In this document: positions 1 to 7,132 of the stretch, one piece after another
Numbering within the stretch: position 1 is the first letter of the stretch
How the letters are laid out: each line of letters begins with the position of its first letter
IMG/VR virus record: IMGVR_UViG_3300037420_000429
DNA from: a virus
DNA: 64,000 bases
Direction: 5' to 3' (one strand)
Translations under genes and position numbers: made by a program
The notes under the pieces: model-generated
Told to the model about the DNA's origin: nothing
What the model saw: the letters and a program-made list of their open reading frames with translations, nothing else
The model's database searches: none

Positions 1-106
1 CATCAATAGTTACTCGGTGTACTTGGTTGATTGGTGCAGAGTAGACGGCGAAGGGTTCGCTCTCACTGCGCAGGAGCTTCAGAAGCTCTTTATTGAATTG
101 TTGCAT
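1..106 (-). CDS. hypothetical protein, 5' part only (gene continues past left edge of window)
   Basis: ATG 106..104 preceded by AAGGAGGAAAT, directly downstream of the phoH stop. Frame is open to nt 1 (MQQFNKELLKLLRSESEPF...). Confidence 0.45.
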   Translation of the reverse strand, partial: MQQFNKELLKLLRSESEPFAVYSAPINQVHRVTID

Positions 107-115
107 ATTTCCTCC

Positions 116-895
116 TTAATTATGGTAGTACATAGTAACGAATGCTTTGCAGATACCTGAGCGGACCACATCAGACGGTAAGAAAGTCACAACACCTACG
201 TTGTTCAACATGCACGATAAGTCTTCGTCACTCATGTAATCTGGCTGCTCCTCCAGCATTCGTTCGATAAGATTGATTGTCGAAAGAAGACCGCTGTTTC
301 CTTTAAGGTCGTTTTGTTTCTGATCCCCAGTGAAGCAGAATTGTGAGTTGTCTCCAATACGCGTAAGAATTGCCTCAAGATCGGATGCCATCAGGTTTTG
401 GCATTCTTCCACAATAACAAAAGCATTTTCAATGCTAAGACCACGAATGTATTCCACTGGTTGCATCTCAACAACTTTGTTATTAAGGCAGTATGTCAGA
501 AACCCTTGACCCATGAACTTCGCAAGATGTGCCAACGTTTGCTTAAAATGTGGGAGAAGTTTTTCTTCGATGGTTCCGGGCAAACTTCCTAGAGACTTAC
601 CAGTAGAGACGTTTGCACGTACAAGATAGATTTTCTCAATCTTCTTATCACGCAAAAGTTCTGCTGCCCGATAAGCTGCAATCATTGACTTGCCACTACC
701 TGCACTACCTTGTGCAAATACAGCAGCACGGCCTTCTCGCAACATTGCTAAGAGTGTTTTCTGCCGAGGATTAGCAGGTTCAAATTTGATAACTCTGGTT
801 TGTGTTGGAATGGGCAGAGACTCTGGCGGGAGCACTTCTTCCACTTGCTTCTGACGACGTGACAGACGTTCGTGTCGGCGGGCCTTGTTCGACAT
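116..895 (-). CDS. phoH: PhoH-like ATPase
   Basis: 259-aa ORF with Walker A GSAGSGKS and Walker B-like FVIVEECQN. Overall PhoH-type layout. Confidence 0.85.
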   Translation of the reverse strand: MSNKARRHERLSRRQKQVEEVLPPESLPIPTQTRVIKFEPANPRQKTLLAMLREGRAAVFAQGSAGSGKSMIAAYRAAELLRDKKIEKIYLVRANVSTGKSLGSLPGTIEEKLLPHFKQTLAHLAKFMGQGFLTYCLNNKVVEMQPVEYIRGLSIENAFVIVEECQNLMASDLEAILTRIGDNSQFCFTGDQKQNDLKGNSGLLSTINLIERMLEEQPDYMSDEDLSCMLNNVGVVTFLPSDVVRSGICKAFVTMYYHN

Positions 896-955
896 TATGG
901 CATCCTCAGTAAAATTGTTAAAGGGTATCTTGCAAATTTCTCTGCCCGATACCCA

Positions 956-984
956 ATATTATACTATGTCAACCTTTCTGTCAA
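956..984 (-). promoter_or_regulatory. candidate sigma70 promoter upstream of phoH
   Basis: Minus strand: TTGACA (984..979), 17 nt, TAATAT (961..956). TATAAT also present at 963..958. Confidence 0.3.
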
Positions 985-1199
985 ATCGGCCAAGTCATGT
1001 CGGAAGAGTTCATATTCCACTTACCGTGGGAATCTACCACAACCAAATCTACAGAGTTGTCAACCTCACAGAAGCAATCAAACTTGTGGATGTGATACAC
1101 GTCGGGCGGGTATGAAGCAGTATCGTCCACCAGTAGAACAACCGCACCTTGCACAAGTTTCTTAATAGCTACATCTTTATTCTTGAATTTAACTTTCAT
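981..1199 (-). CDS. hypothetical protein (72 aa)
   Basis: Internal ATG at 1199 with AAAGGCGG upstream. 11-nt overlap with the preceding gene. The longer 981..1280 ORF would overlap the neighbour heavily. Confidence 0.5.
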   Translation of the reverse strand: MKVKFKNKDVAIKKLVQGAVVLLVDDTASYPPDVYHIHKFDCFCEVDNSVDLVVVDSHGKWNMNSSDMTWPI

Positions 1200-1506
1200 C
1201 TTGACCGCCTTTGTTAATCTTCTTAGCAGCACGTGCATTAGCCATGATTTCGCGGCGCTTCTCTGTGGTGATGGGTTCACGTCCGGACTCTACAGTTTCT
1301 TTAATAGCTGTGATAGTGCGTGCATCGCGGATAAGATTAATCTCATACAGGAAGAAGTTGTAGAACGGATGGCGATTCGGATCAAGCTTCCATCCGTATG
1401 CCACATGGCGTGCAATTTCCTCTGCAACTTCGTGGAAGTTTGGCGTCACAATAGTTTTGTACTCAGTAGCACCTTCTTTAACTTCAGTTTCCATGATATC
1501 GCTCAT
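1189..1506 (-). CDS. hypothetical protein (105 aa)
   Basis: AAGGAGAAACA-ATG start. Clean ORF chained to its neighbours. Confidence 0.65.
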   Translation of the reverse strand: MSDIMETEVKEGATEYKTIVTPNFHEVAEEIARHVAYGWKLDPNRHPFYNFFLYEINLIRDARTITAIKETVESGREPITTEKRREIMANARAAKKINKGGQDES

Positions 1507-1661
1507 TGTTTCTCCTTAAAAGAGTTGTTATAAAGTTGATAAAATCTTTGTGTTGTATCGTCGTAAATCTTCTTGGCTTTAGCCATGTCCTTCTCAATTA
1601 GCGCTTCGTACAGTGCGCTTCCTCTTGCTGCGAACGTGTCTTTGTAGGGCAACCCTTTCAC
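1503..1661 (-). CDS. small hypothetical protein (52 aa, GTG start)
   Basis: AAGGAGAATAAAA-GTG start. Stop TGA overlaps the ATG of the 1506 gene (ATGA). Below the 60-aa cutoff of the ORF track. Confidence 0.4.
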   Translation of the reverse strand: MKGLPYKDTFAARGSALYEALIEKDMAKAKKIYDDTTQRFYQLYNNSFKEKQ

Positions 1662-1773
1662 TTTTATTCTCCTTATCTGTCAGAAAAATCTCTGCAAAAC
1701 GCAAGTCTTCAAAGTCTGCAAGATTCTGCTCGTGCCGCTCTACTTCTTCAATGTAGTGGTTGAGGTCGTTCAT
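1594..1773 (-). CDS. small hypothetical protein (59 aa)
   Basis: ATG 1773 overlaps the stop of the upstream gene (ATGA). The C-terminal third overlaps the 1503..1661 ORF in another frame, so its true extent is uncertain. Confidence 0.4.
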   Translation of the reverse strand: MNDLNHYIEEVERHEQNLADFEDLRFAEIFLTDKENKSERVALQRHVRSKRKRTVRSAN

Positions 1774-1943
1774 TTGTTCACCAGAGCGAGTACGACAGGG
1801 ATAAAACGCTTCTGGCTTACTTTACGCTCCATCCAGAGTGCATCCTTGACAGTCCAGATAGCAAGGTCATAGTTAGGGTGGCAGTCTACGTCTACAACGT
1901 TAAGTTTGCCTTCTAGTTTATAGAAGCAACGGATAGGCTTCAT
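1770..1943 (-). CDS. small hypothetical protein (57 aa)
   Basis: Internal ATG 1943 preceded by GGAGGAAAC. First gene of the leftward operon. Confidence 0.55.
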   Translation of the reverse strand: MKPIRCFYKLEGKLNVVDVDCHPNYDLAIWTVKDALWMERKVSQKRFIPVVLALVNK

Positions 1944-1973
1944 GTTTCCTCCTTGAAAGTGGTTAGTGACTGA

Positions 1974-2002
1974 ATTGTAGAGCCTGTTCTGGATGCTGTC
2001 AA
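1974..2002 (-). promoter_or_regulatory. sigma70-type promoter of the leftward phoH operon
   Basis: Minus strand: TTGACA (2002..1997), 17 nt, TACAAT (1979..1974). Back-to-back with the rightward promoter. Confidence 0.55.
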
Positions 2003-2011
2003 GTCCTAAAA

Positions 2012-2040
2012 TTGACAAGATAGGGCACAAATGCTATCCT
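2012..2040 (+). promoter_or_regulatory. sigma70-type promoter (late block, copy 1 of the TTGACAAGAT family)
   Basis: TTGACA 2012..2017, 17 nt, TATCCT 2035..2040. The 32-mer is about 85% identical to the promoter at 17045. Confidence 0.5.
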
Positions 2041-2072
2041 TCACTTGTTAAGAATTTTAAGGAGGCGTTCAC

Positions 2073-2447
2073 ATGAGTGAACTTGTACCAACAAAAGAAC
2101 AACCCGTGTTCAAAAAGACACATGAGCTTGCCAAGCTTGTTCGTGATCTTAAGAAGATTAGTAAGAAAGCTATTGAAGTGCTGGAGAAGGGCCTTGATAG
2201 CCAAGATGAGCGTGTACGTATGCTAGCTGCTGAAAAGCTGCTGAAATTCTACACAGATTCGGCTAAGGACGTGAATGAGGATGAGTTGAAGCGACTCCTG
2301 TTGGAAGTAAAGCTGAGGGGTATGGTGGGTGCGGGAAGCACTGCGCAGGATGACGAAGATACGCCAGCGTTGGATTTTGACAACATTTCTCCCGAATTTG
2401 CTCAAGATGTACAAGTCGTAGACATGGGTAACATAAATAAGATTTGA
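2073..2447 (+). CDS. hypothetical protein (124 aa); small-terminase candidate by position only
   Basis: TAAGGAGG RBS. Helical, charged protein and first gene of the late block. No diagnostic motif recognised. Confidence 0.6.
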   Translation: MSELVPTKEQPVFKKTHELAKLVRDLKKISKKAIEVLEKGLDSQDERVRMLAAEKLLKFYTDSAKDVNEDELKRLLLEVKLRGMVGAGSTAQDDEDTPALDFDNISPEFAQDVQVVDMGNINKI

Positions 2448-2472
2448 CAAGATTGCTTCAGTGTGCGATAAT
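2444..2472 (+). promoter_or_regulatory. sigma70-type promoter driving the non-coding island
   Basis: TTGACA 2444..2449, 17 nt, GATAAT 2467..2472. Overlaps the stop of the 2073 gene. Confidence 0.6.
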
Positions 2473-2478
2473 TCTTTT

Positions 2479-2637
2479 TGTTGAGGAAATCACGCAACGG
2501 CCCACGACTTAACCGGGTGCAGATTGTCAACAAATTGATCCGCCAGATAGCGTGCTATTGGCTCAGCCTTATGGTTGCATAGAGTATGCACTTAACTCTT
2601 ACAAGAATGTGCACTCGGCTTCGTAAGAAGCCGTTTT
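2479..2637 (+). ncRNA. candidate small structured RNA of about 155 nt (promoter to hairpin plus U-run)
   Basis: No ORF. Several local hairpins, e.g. TGCATA-gag-TATGCA at 2576..2590. Bounded by the promoter at 2444 and the terminator-like hairpin at 2616..2637. Confidence 0.3.
2616..2637 (+). terminator. terminator-like hairpin
   Basis: CGGCTTC-gtaa-GAAGCCG (7-bp stem, GNRA-type loop) followed by TTTT. Confidence 0.4.
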
Positions 2638-2716
2638 AGAAGGCATTCTTCTGCAATGACGCTGCCCCTCCTCGGAAGATTTGTGGGATTGAGTGCCTCC
2701 TAAAATAAAAGTTTCC

Positions 2717-2800
2717 GCCCCTTTCCCATAGTGGTTGATTGGAGCTGACCTGTAATCAGCCTGCGAAAGCACACCGTCCGTTCGAATCGGACAGGGGGCA
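2717..2800 (+). tRNA. type-II (long variable arm) tRNA-like gene with a Tyr-like scaffold and a non-canonical anticodon loop CCUGUAA
   Basis: Hand-folded cloverleaf of 84 nt, no encoded CCA. Acceptor GCCCCTT/AGGGGGC with one G-U pair, and U8. D stem is 3 bp (CCA/TGG) with an 11-nt loop containing GG. Anticodon stem is GCTGA/TCAGC. Variable arm is 15 nt with a TGC-GAAA-GCA hairpin. T arm is GTCCG-TTCGAAT-CGGAC. Discriminator is A. Confidence 0.6.
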
Positions 2801-2956
2801 TAAGAATCTGAAGGTCGCTACCTGAAGATCAAATCCTGCTTGCACAGGTTGACAGCCGGAAAGACGGCACTCAATGTAGAGCGAACCGTGTTGCAACACC
2901 TTCCACTGCTGTCTCAGTGGATAGCCTACACCAATAATATTCAGACAGGAATAAAA

Positions 2957-3523
2957 ATGGTAGATGATTTTAAAAATAGTGATGGCGAATGGGTACGCTC
3001 TTGCACTGTAGGTGGTAAGTCACACGCAACAAGGGCTTATATGTTGTACATGAGCTTGCTTGACCGTTGCAAACCCGGTGGAAAGTATCAATGTCGCAAT
3101 CCGAGTTATGTAGGTTGTAAATCAGAGTTTAGTGACTTTCAGCATTTTGCGGAGTGGTGTCATTCTCAGATTGGCTACTGCGTTGAAGACTTTCAGTTAG
3201 ATAAGGACTTACTCGGGGACGGTAAAACATATTCTTCCGAGTGCTGCGTATTTTTACCTAGAAAAATTAATTTGCTGTTGCAAAAGAAAACAAGGTTGGT
3301 GAACCTTCCGCAAGGTGTCTCCAAGAAATACAATAAATTCACAGCAGCTATCACTATCGATGGAAGAGTAAATTACCTTGGACTTTTTGATACGCAAGAA
3401 CAGGCGTTCTTAGCTTACAAAATCACTAAGGAGTCGGAAATAGGCAAAATAGCTGGTGCCTACGTGGACTATATCCCTGAACACTGTATGCTGAAATTAC
3501 TTACATACAGTGTGGAGCCTTGA
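2957..3523 (+). CDS. AP2-domain homing-endonuclease-like protein with a degenerate HNH_3-type core (LDKD); paralog of 51819..52619
   Basis: ATG 2957 after AGGAATAAAA. Motifs FAEWC, LDKDLL...CCVFLPRKIN and an AP2-like GVSKKYNKFTAAITIDGRVNYLGLFDTQEQAFLAY. AT-richer than its flanks. Confidence 0.65.
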   Translation: MVDDFKNSDGEWVRSCTVGGKSHATRAYMLYMSLLDRCKPGGKYQCRNPSYVGCKSEFSDFQHFAEWCHSQIGYCVEDFQLDKDLLGDGKTYSSECCVFLPRKINLLLQKKTRLVNLPQGVSKKYNKFTAAITIDGRVNYLGLFDTQEQAFLAYKITKESEIGKIAGAYVDYIPEHCMLKLLTYSVEP

Positions 3524-3747
3524 AAAGGTGGGAAGAAGATCACGGTGGAATTCCGTGCCACATGAATATAAAACGAAAGGCCACCTATTACAGTGGCCCT
3601 CGGGAACTTTCCTCATATGGCAGAGGTTATCGAACAGCAATCCCTAGTTAGTCTAGTCAGATTTGTTGGTGCATAGCGGAGCCAAACACGCTAAGCAAGT
3701 TCCAACAACATACTAGCACAGTTGGATAGAGACATCAAGGAGAAAAT

Positions 3748-3930
3748 ATGTCTGATGACAATAAGAAAACATTCTACGCCGATGCGGGCAAGGGTTCGCG
3801 CCCTGTTGGTACTGGTTGGAAGAATTACTACGATAATTTCGATGCAATCTTCGGTAAGAAAGATGAGTCGGTGAAAGAAGAAGCTGGTTGCAACACTGAA
3901 GTCGAGGTCACGAAAGCCGACGAGGGCTGA
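3748..3930 (+). CDS. small hypothetical protein (60 aa)
   Basis: Strong AAGGAGAAAAT-ATG start. Hydrophilic sequence (…GWKNYYDNFDAIFGKK…). Isolated in non-coding surroundings. Confidence 0.55.
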   Translation: MSDDNKKTFYADAGKGSRPVGTGWKNYYDNFDAIFGKKDESVKEEAGCNTEVEVTKADEG

Positions 3931-4074
3931 CACTAATTCTCGTAACAAATTTGCTCAAGGGACTAGCTCCGACGAGCATACTCCGCGAAAGCGGACTAGT
4001 GGAGAGGGGTGCGTACTGGCATCTGAAGATCACAGGCGGGTAGGGTAGCGCTGTGGCACCGAATTCTAAAGGAG

Positions 4075-4105
4075 GCTGCACGGCAGGTATGCTGTGTGGC
4101 TTTTT
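4075..4105 (+). terminator. terminator/attenuator-like hairpin 22 nt upstream of the terL start
   Basis: GCTGCAC (4075..4081) pairs with GTGTGGC (4094..4100) over 7 bp, two of them G-U, followed by TTTTTGTTGTTT. Confidence 0.35.
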
Positions 4106-4126
4106 GTTGTTTCTATTAAGGGCACT

Positions 4127-5563
4127 ATGACTAATAAAAAACAAAAAATAGTGCTTGGTCCAGATTCACCTACACACAAGCGCTTCCTAGACTGTAAGTC
4201 TAATTACATCATTTTTGGCGGAGGCGCTGGTTGTGGGAAATCCCACCAAGCGCTTTTGTTGGTACTCAAGTACAAGGACGACCCAAACTTCCGTGCGGTT
4301 TTTATCCGCGAAACTTCTACACAGCTTTCTCAAGCAGGCGGATTGTACCAAGAAGCTGAGAAGATGTGGAAACAATTTGGTGCAAAATTCAAGACACACC
4401 CGCAGATGACTGCTGTGTTTCCTAGCGGAGCGCAGGTCCAGTTCAAAGTTTGCGGTGCAGACCGCGACATCTCCAACTACGATGGTGGTCAGTTTTCCCT
4501 TGTTGTATTTGACGAAGCACAAAATCATACCGACGTACAGATTCGCTATCTTGAGTCTCGTATCCGTTCTCAGGCTAAAGGGCCGCATCAGCTTATATGT
4601 ACTTGTAATCCCCGCAGGGATAGTCACTTGATGCCTTTTGTCTCGTGGTATCTTGACCAAGACACAGGCATTCCGATTCCTGAGCGCTCTGGTGTAGAAC
4701 GTTATTATGCTTCGTACAACGGCACGATGGTATTTGCTGACACCAAAGAAGAACTTATCGAAACCTATCCGGGCGTGCGCCCACAAAGCTACACGTTTAT
4801 TAGTGCTACGATTCGTGACAATCCGCGTATGAAGGTGTTGAACCCCGGCTACGTCGCCCGTCTGGAAAACCTTAAGCGTGTTGAGCGTGAGCGCCTTCTG
4901 CTCGGCTCGTGGTTTGCTAAAGAAGAGTCTTCAGGATATTTTAAACGAGATTGGTGCGAAATTGTTGATAAAGTTCCTGCTCAAGTGGTTAATCGCGCTC
5001 GTGGCATGGACTTGGCAAGCACGCTTAAGTCCGAGAGCAATCCTAATCCAGACTGGACGGCCTCTACAAGAATTTCCAAAGGGAAAGATGGATTCTACTA
5101 TGTGGAGCACGTTGAGCGGTATAGAAAGCTGACACACGGCGTTCTTGAAGAGATTGCTAAGTGTGCTATCAAGGATCGGGATGAATTAGGACAGCAAGTC
5201 CCTGTGTTTATTCCTAAAGACCCCGGCGCAGGTGGTGCAGCAGCAAACATGTTCTTCATTAAGACTCTTGTAGAGAACGGCGTCGATGCTCGTACAGAAA
5301 TGGTTTCAGGGCACACTGGTAAGCTGTCTCGCATGCAGCCATTCTTGTCACTGGCAGAAGCAGGACTTGTAAGGGTAGTAAGGGGCGAGTGGAACGAGAT
5401 GTGGTTCAATGAGCTTGAGGATTACATTGATGGCAATAGGAACCAGAAGGACGACATGTGGGATAGCACTGCTACAGCGTGTAAGGCTGTTATGAAGCAG
5501 ATTACCATTCCATCGTTTACTCTTTCTGTGAATACTCAGCCGTCACCAATTCCCTCCGTATAA
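4127..5563 (+). CDS. terL: terminase large subunit
   Basis: Start chosen at MTNKKQKIV. Walker A GGGAGCGKS and Walker B LVVFDEAQ. C-terminal nuclease-type half. About 478 aa. Confidence 0.9.
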   Translation: MTNKKQKIVLGPDSPTHKRFLDCKSNYIIFGGGAGCGKSHQALLLVLKYKDDPNFRAVFIRETSTQLSQAGGLYQEAEKMWKQFGAKFKTHPQMTAVFPSGAQVQFKVCGADRDISNYDGGQFSLVVFDEAQNHTDVQIRYLESRIRSQAKGPHQLICTCNPRRDSHLMPFVSWYLDQDTGIPIPERSGVERYYASYNGTMVFADTKEELIETYPGVRPQSYTFISATIRDNPRMKVLNPGYVARLENLKRVERERLLLGSWFAKEESSGYFKRDWCEIVDKVPAQVVNRARGMDLASTLKSESNPNPDWTASTRISKGKDGFYYVEHVERYRKLTHGVLEEIAKCAIKDRDELGQQVPVFIPKDPGAGGAAANMFFIKTLVENGVDARTEMVSGHTGKLSRMQPFLSLAEAGLVRVVRGEWNEMWFNELEDYIDGNRNQKDDMWDSTATACKAVMKQITIPSFTLSVNTQPSPIPSV

Positions 5564-5583
5564 TAGCATAGAATTGCACAATG

Positions 5584-5612
5584 TTGACAAGATTTAGTTG
5601 CGGTGGTACAAT
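5584..5612 (+). promoter_or_regulatory. sigma70-type promoter (TTGACAAGAT family)
   Basis: TTGACA 5584..5589, 17 nt, TACAAT 5607..5612. Lies between terL and the portal gene. Confidence 0.6.
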
Positions 5613-5639
5613 TCGTTTCAGTAAAGAAAAGGAGCAATA

Positions 5640-7124
5640 ATGGCCGCTAAAAAGAAGCCACAAGATAATACGGCTGCTCTGGCGGCTGACGATGGTGTTG
5701 CAGTCCCTCGTATTCAGTTGGGTGAAACAGGCTTTATCGGCCTTCGCACAATTTTTGGAAAAGTTATTGACGATCCGAACAGGGCATTTCATCTTGACAA
5801 TTTTATTGTAACAGTCAAGGAAATGCTCAATGACGCGGTTATTGCGTCTGCGATGAACACTTATCGGATGCTGCTGTCCCGTGTTAATTGGACCGTAGTG
5901 CCCCCTGTAGACGCCACAGAAGAAGAAAAAGAGCGTGCTAAATTTGTTCAGTCGTGCATGGATGACATGGAAGGATCGTGGGCAGAGTTCATGTCCGATG
6001 TGGTTACTTATCTTCCATACGGGTTCTCTGTGCAAGAGAAGGTCTACCGGCGCCGACTGTATAAGAATGGTAGCAAATTTAACGATGGTAGGGTAGGAAT
6101 CCGTAAGCTAACTCCACGCTCGCAAGACACTATTGCCCGTTGGACGTTCTCAGAAGATGGTCGTGACCTCTTAGGGTGTGAGCAATCTATTTACAAGCTT
6201 GAGCATGCTGCAATGTTCATGGATCAAGTCAACGAACACGGGCTTATTCCCATTAAGCGAGATAAATTCTTGCTTTTCCGTGCGGACCCTACTAAAGGTG
6301 ATCCCACGGGCAATTCTATTCTTAAAGGTGTGTACAAAGCTTATAAACAGCTTGACATGCTTCGTTCGCAAGAGCTTCTTGGTATTGCAAAAGAGTCCGC
6401 TGGTTTGCCGTTGATTCAGTTACCTCCCGAGTACATGGCAGCAGATGCGCCCGATGATATGAAGGCCGTCTACCAAGCATGTCAAAAACTGCTCGATACA
6501 ATGCAGGCGGGCACAAACCGAGGGATTATTTTTCCTAAACTTGTAGACGAGCTAACTAAGCAAGACCGCTTCGGAATTTCTCTTATGGAGAAAAAAGGTA
6601 TTCCTGGGGCGAACATCGATCAAGCGATTCGTCGCTATGCCGATGAAGTCTATTCTGCACTAGGGATTGATATTCTTAAAGGTGGTAGTGAAGTTGGAAG
6701 TTTCAGTCTTGCTGACTCGGATACAAATGTTGTGTCTCTTGCTATGGGGCACAGGCTCAACGAGATTGCTGACGTTTTGAATAACGATCTAGTAAAACAA
6801 ATTTACGCCTTGAATGGTTGGCAACAAGATAGACTTCCACGTTTTGTACCGGGAGATATCTCTGAAATGTCCGCAGATGAGCTTGGAAAACTTGTCCAGA
6901 GAACAGGCTCCATCGGCCTGATTCCGAAAAATATCGATGTTGTCAATCGCCTTCTCAGGGCTTTGGGTGTTAATACCCTTCCTCCTGATACAAACATTGA
7001 AGATGTAGAGTTCACCATGGAGTCTAGCAATTCAGGTGAGGGGATGTCAACGCCATTTGAGGGGACTGCTAAAAAACCCAGCGGAAAGGACAATAGTGCT
7101 GGAAATAATGAGAATGCGGCATAA
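5640..7124 (+). CDS. portal protein
   Basis: 494-aa ORF immediately after terL and before the protease/scaffold/capsid genes. AAGGAGCAATA-ATG start. Assigned by position and size. Confidence 0.75.
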   Translation: MAAKKKPQDNTAALAADDGVAVPRIQLGETGFIGLRTIFGKVIDDPNRAFHLDNFIVTVKEMLNDAVIASAMNTYRMLLSRVNWTVVPPVDATEEEKERAKFVQSCMDDMEGSWAEFMSDVVTYLPYGFSVQEKVYRRRLYKNGSKFNDGRVGIRKLTPRSQDTIARWTFSEDGRDLLGCEQSIYKLEHAAMFMDQVNEHGLIPIKRDKFLLFRADPTKGDPTGNSILKGVYKAYKQLDMLRSQELLGIAKESAGLPLIQLPPEYMAADAPDDMKAVYQACQKLLDTMQAGTNRGIIFPKLVDELTKQDRFGISLMEKKGIPGANIDQAIRRYADEVYSALGIDILKGGSEVGSFSLADSDTNVVSLAMGHRLNEIADVLNNDLVKQIYALNGWQQDRLPRFVPGDISEMSADELGKLVQRTGSIGLIPKNIDVVNRLLRALGVNTLPPDTNIEDVEFTMESSNSGEGMSTPFEGTAKKPSGKDNSAGNNENAA

Positions 7125-7132
7125 GGGGGTTT

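Noticed and set aside
2824-4032. GAAGATCA octamer occurring three times (2824, 3535, 4025), considered as target-site duplications of serial insertions.
   Set aside because: Three copies of one 8-mer in 1.2 kb is only mildly unexpected, given how many 8-mers were implicitly tested. It is kept only as a side note to the inverted-repeat finding.
2444-4126. Group I intron hypothesis for the structured, GNRA-hairpin-rich, HE-containing region upstream of terL.
   Set aside because: terL (Walker A at its N-terminus), the upstream 124-aa gene and the tRNA-like gene all look intact and uninterrupted, so there are no candidate exons to join. I could not identify a P3-P7-P8 core by eye. An Infernal scan with the group I and II intron models would be the decisive test.
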